A stretch of 42,721 nt of DNA from a virus (Duplodnaviria > Caudoviricetes): IMG/VR virus record IMGVR_UViG_3300037780_000073, positions 1 to 42,721 of that record. One strand, written 5' to 3'. Below are positions 42,605 through 42,721 of this stretch, piece by piece. How positions within the stretch are numbered: the first letter of the stretch is position 1; the number at the start of each line of letters is the position of its first letter. Under the pieces are notes generated by a model. That model was not told the origin of the DNA and ran no database searches. It saw nothing but the letters and a program-made list of their open reading frames with translations. A program made the translations under genes and the position numbers.

Positions 42605-42721
42605 GGGACAATCCTCTCCTGTTTTCAGCGGCAGCAAGGGAATATTGTCTCCCCATGACAATTTCCTTCAAAGAGGCTCTTGCAGGAGCAATGAAAGCAT
42701 CCGGCCTGTCGATGCGAAAAC
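42595..42721 (+). repeat. Terminal direct repeat copy 2
   Basis: Identical to 1-127. Confidence 0.95.

Noticed and set aside
42595-42721. Biological terminal repeat of the virion DNA
   Set aside because: Length equals a common assembly k-mer and it cuts through cI; the HNH-terS-terL layout points to cos ends near 34.9-35.0 kb

Overview
This window is a complete, circularly assembled temperate phage genome. The unique length is 42,594 bp: bases 1-127 repeat exactly at 42595-42721, as expected for a k=127 assembler overlap. It is a lambdoid siphovirus with an HK97-type head, probably of an alphaproteobacterial (Rhodobacteraceae-like) host; the host call is inferred from a GAAC-N7-GAAC LexA box and gene content. 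The + strand carries cI, then an early operon: ERF, NinB, HNH, adenine and C5 methyltransferases, a run of small genes, xis and int. These are followed by an intact attP whose core is the 3' half of tRNA-Pro(CGG). The - strand carries cro, a CII-like gene, replication genes, a NusG-like antiterminator, HNH/terminase, head, tail, an arc/arc/KilA-N antirepressor island and lysis genes. The best candidates for undescribed biology are five. (1) About 13 consecutive gene junctions in the small-gene array share a stop-(GA)GGACCGGAAA motif. (2) A 195-aa protein is overprinted inside the C5 methyltransferase, reminiscent of the M.EcoHK31I beta subunit. (3) A tRNA-shaped RNA with a ~207-nt insert sits in the late-operon leader. 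(4) A densely structured ~250-nt element precedes an unannotated 28-aa hydrophobic peptide next to cI. (5) The tail module has no recognisable hub/Tal/J gene but has a repeat-extended tape measure protein. All product calls come from motif recognition by eye; no database searches or folding programs were run.
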